From the human T2T-CHM13v2.0 reference genome, Homo sapiens, in the NCBI RefSeq assembly GCF_009914755.1, contig NC_060933.1: DNA of 64,000 nucleotides; one strand, given 5' to 3'. Every line of letters begins with the position of its first letter. The stretch's first letter is position 1. Positions 59,198 to 64,000 of the stretch are shown piece after piece. The notes beneath the pieces were generated by a model. That model ran no database searches, was not told where the DNA came from, and saw only the letters and a program-made list of their open reading frames with translations. The position numbers were made by a program, and so were the translations under genes.

Positions 59198-59699
59198 TAC
59201 ACCTGTGTTCATTGCAGCATTACAGCAGCCTTATTTACAGGAACCACAAAATGGAAACAACCTAAAAAGTCTATTGAGGGATAGATGGATAAACAAAATG
59301 TGGTATAGATGTAAAATGGAATATTAGTGATCTTTGAAAAGGGAGGGAATTCTGATACTTGCTACCACATAGATAAAAACATTATGCTAAGTGAGACATC
59401 AAACAAAGACTACCTGATTCCATCTATATGAAGAACCTGGAACAGGCAAATTAATAGAGACACAAAGTAGAATAGAGGTTTTCAGGAATGGCAGGAGGTG
59501 GAAATGGGCGAGGTTAGTGTCTAATGGGCACAGAGTTCCTATCTGGGATGATAGAATGTTTCGGAAATGGATAGTGGTGATGACTGCACAGCATTGTGAA
59601 TGTAGCTAATGACGTTGAATTCTTTACCAGAAAACAAAAACAAAAACAGAAACACATTGCTTAAGCTTCTCAGTCCGACAGGTGACGTGCTTGGTGTGA

Positions 59700-60255
59700 G
59701 CTGGGGCCTAAGCCCAGGCTGCCCTCGCCAGAGCTGCTTCAAGACCCCTCTTGGTTGTACTTAGGCCTGATTGCTCTGGAGAGTCCCATACATGAAAGCC
59801 AGCTCTGGTTCTATCTCTTCTCACTCCAGTCCTCCCTGCCCCCACCATCCCCCAGCTGGGCATTATGAGAAAAGCAAGATGACTATGAGTTTTTTGATTA
59901 TTTATATGACCAAATAATCTCAAGGACTATTGCTAACTAACCCATGGGACTCCCACTACCTTCATGAGGCTCGGATGAGGTGAAGGGTCCCTAAAATCGT
60001 GCCAACTAGTCAGGAACTCAGTTGTCAATAATTTCTTTATTTGTGATACAAGCAGGCGTGGGGAAAGAGAAATGAACAGACTTGGAAGCTTCTCCGAGGC
60101 CCTAGAGAAGACCTCTGGGTTCCGAACACCAGACACCAGGAGTAAGGAGGGTAGTTGATGATTTCCCACTCTTTCTCCAGCCCCTGCTCCTCTGTTTCTC
60201 CCCTTCACCCACTGCAGCTTCCTCAGGTCCTGGGTCCCGCGCCATCATCTCTTCG
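59700..60255 (-). pseudogene. LRR / LRR-cap exon(s) of the relic gene
   Basis: One frame reads QDLRKLQWVK..LPSLLLVSGVRNPEVFSRASEKLPSL..SQIKKLLTTEFLTSW..H..SLRLFGHINNQKTHSHLAFLIMPSWGMVG, then shifts to EEIE; compare recalled LRRIQ3 NQIKSLPNTKFW..H..LTMFDCPVSLKKGYRHVLVNSIWPLKALD..SDEEII. Confidence 0.6.
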
Positions 60256-60521
60256 AATGACCTCCCTTCTATTCCTGTTAATAAAGGAGCATCAGCTAAG
60301 TGAATATGGTGATTTGCATACACTTACATTGATTCAGAAATTGTGTTTAATTCCACACAAGAAAAAGAATGTGGATCTTTTTCACTGGGAAAAAAAGTCG
60401 CCATGTATCATCTTAATCATGTTTTCCTGGGATATAATCTATACGTGACGCCCATTTAAGCCTTCATTGCATCTATGCACGTGGTTTGCTTTCCTCTTGT
60501 GTGAAATAGTGTTGGACCACA

Positions 60522-63231
<2,710 letters not shown>

Positions 63232-63232
<1 letters not shown>

Positions 63233-63341
63233 TGGGCATGGTGGCTCATGCCTGTATTCCCAGCACTTTGGGAGGCCAAGTCAGGAGGATCACTTGAGCC
63301 CAGGAGTTTGAAATCAGCCGGGGCAATAAAGTGAGACCCCA
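63232..63341 (+). mobile_element. AluJ/FLAM left arm interrupted by THE1
   Basis: ctgggcatggtggctcatgcc..gtgagacccca, directly followed by the LTR. Confidence 0.82.
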
Positions 63342-64000
63342 TGATATGGTTTGGCTGTGTCTCCAACCAAATCTCATCTTGAATTGTAGTTCTCATAATC
63401 CTCACATATCATGATGGGGACCCAGGGAGAGGTAATTGAATCATGGAGGCAGTTACCCCCATGCTCTTCTCATGATAGTGAGTGAGTTCTCACAAGATCT
63501 GATGGTTTTATAAGGAGCTTTTCCCCCTTTGCTTGCGCTTCTCCTTCCTGCCACCTCGTGAAGAAGGTGACTTGCTTCCCCTTCACATTCTACCATGCTT
63601 GAAAGTTTCCTGAGGCCTCCCCAGCTATGATGAACTGTGAGTCAATTAAACCTCTTTCCTTTATAAATTACCCAAGCTTGGTTATGTCTTTATTAGCAGC
63701 ATGAGAATGGACTGATACAGTAAATTGGTACTGAGGTAGTGGGGCGTTGCTATAAGGATATCTAAAAATGTGGAAGTGAATTTGGAACTGGGTAACAGGC
63801 AGAGGTTGAACAGTTTGCAGGGTTCGGAAGAAGACAGAAAAATGTGAGGAAGTTTGGAACTTCCTAGAGACTTGCAGAATGGTTTTGAGGAAAATGCTGA
63901 TAGTGACATGGACAATGAAGTCCAGGCTGAGGTGGTCTCATATGGAGATGAAGAACTCGTTGGGAACTGGAGTAAAGGTGACTCTTGCTATGCAAAGAGA
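63342..64000 (+). mobile_element. THE1C/D 5' LTR (63342-63719) plus MaLR internal sequence running off the window
   Basis: tgatatggtttggctgtgt...gactgataca, then gtaaattggtac..tttggaactgggtaacaggcagagg. Confidence 0.92.

Overview
Primate (very probably human/hominid) non-coding, repeat-rich DNA from a segmental duplicate of the 4q35 FRG1 region. I find no intact protein-coding gene. (1) Exons 1-4 of a disabled, intron-containing FRG1 paralogue lie on the minus strand (1.15-18.6 kb): stop at codon 3, exon-1 donor GT>CT, frameshift in exon 2, stop in exon 3. It keeps its CpG-island promoter and carries a 5'-inverted (twin-primed) L1PA2-like insertion in intron 2. (2) Upstream on the same strand (about 20.4-60.5 kb) is a string of decayed exon-like segments with splice signals. 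Their translations give an SDS22-type LRR, an LRR cap, an IQ-like segment and coiled coil, in the order of LRRIQ3. I infer a long-dead multi-exon gene, one exon of which is split by a TSD-flanked L1M. This is the main candidate novelty; it rests on by-eye translation and a recalled LRRIQ3 sequence and needs a homology search. (3) A diverged ~2.5 kb tandem duplication at 34-38 kb holds a testis-type promoter module and has a templated 38-nt junction insert. (4) A 7SL retrocopy has given rise to a 31-bp x10 minisatellite made of ZIC/CTCF-like sites. (5) There is a Ricksha (MULE) transposon with transposase relics, plus many Alu, L1, MIR, L2, MaLR and MER elements. Repeat subfamily names and minor boundaries are approximate.
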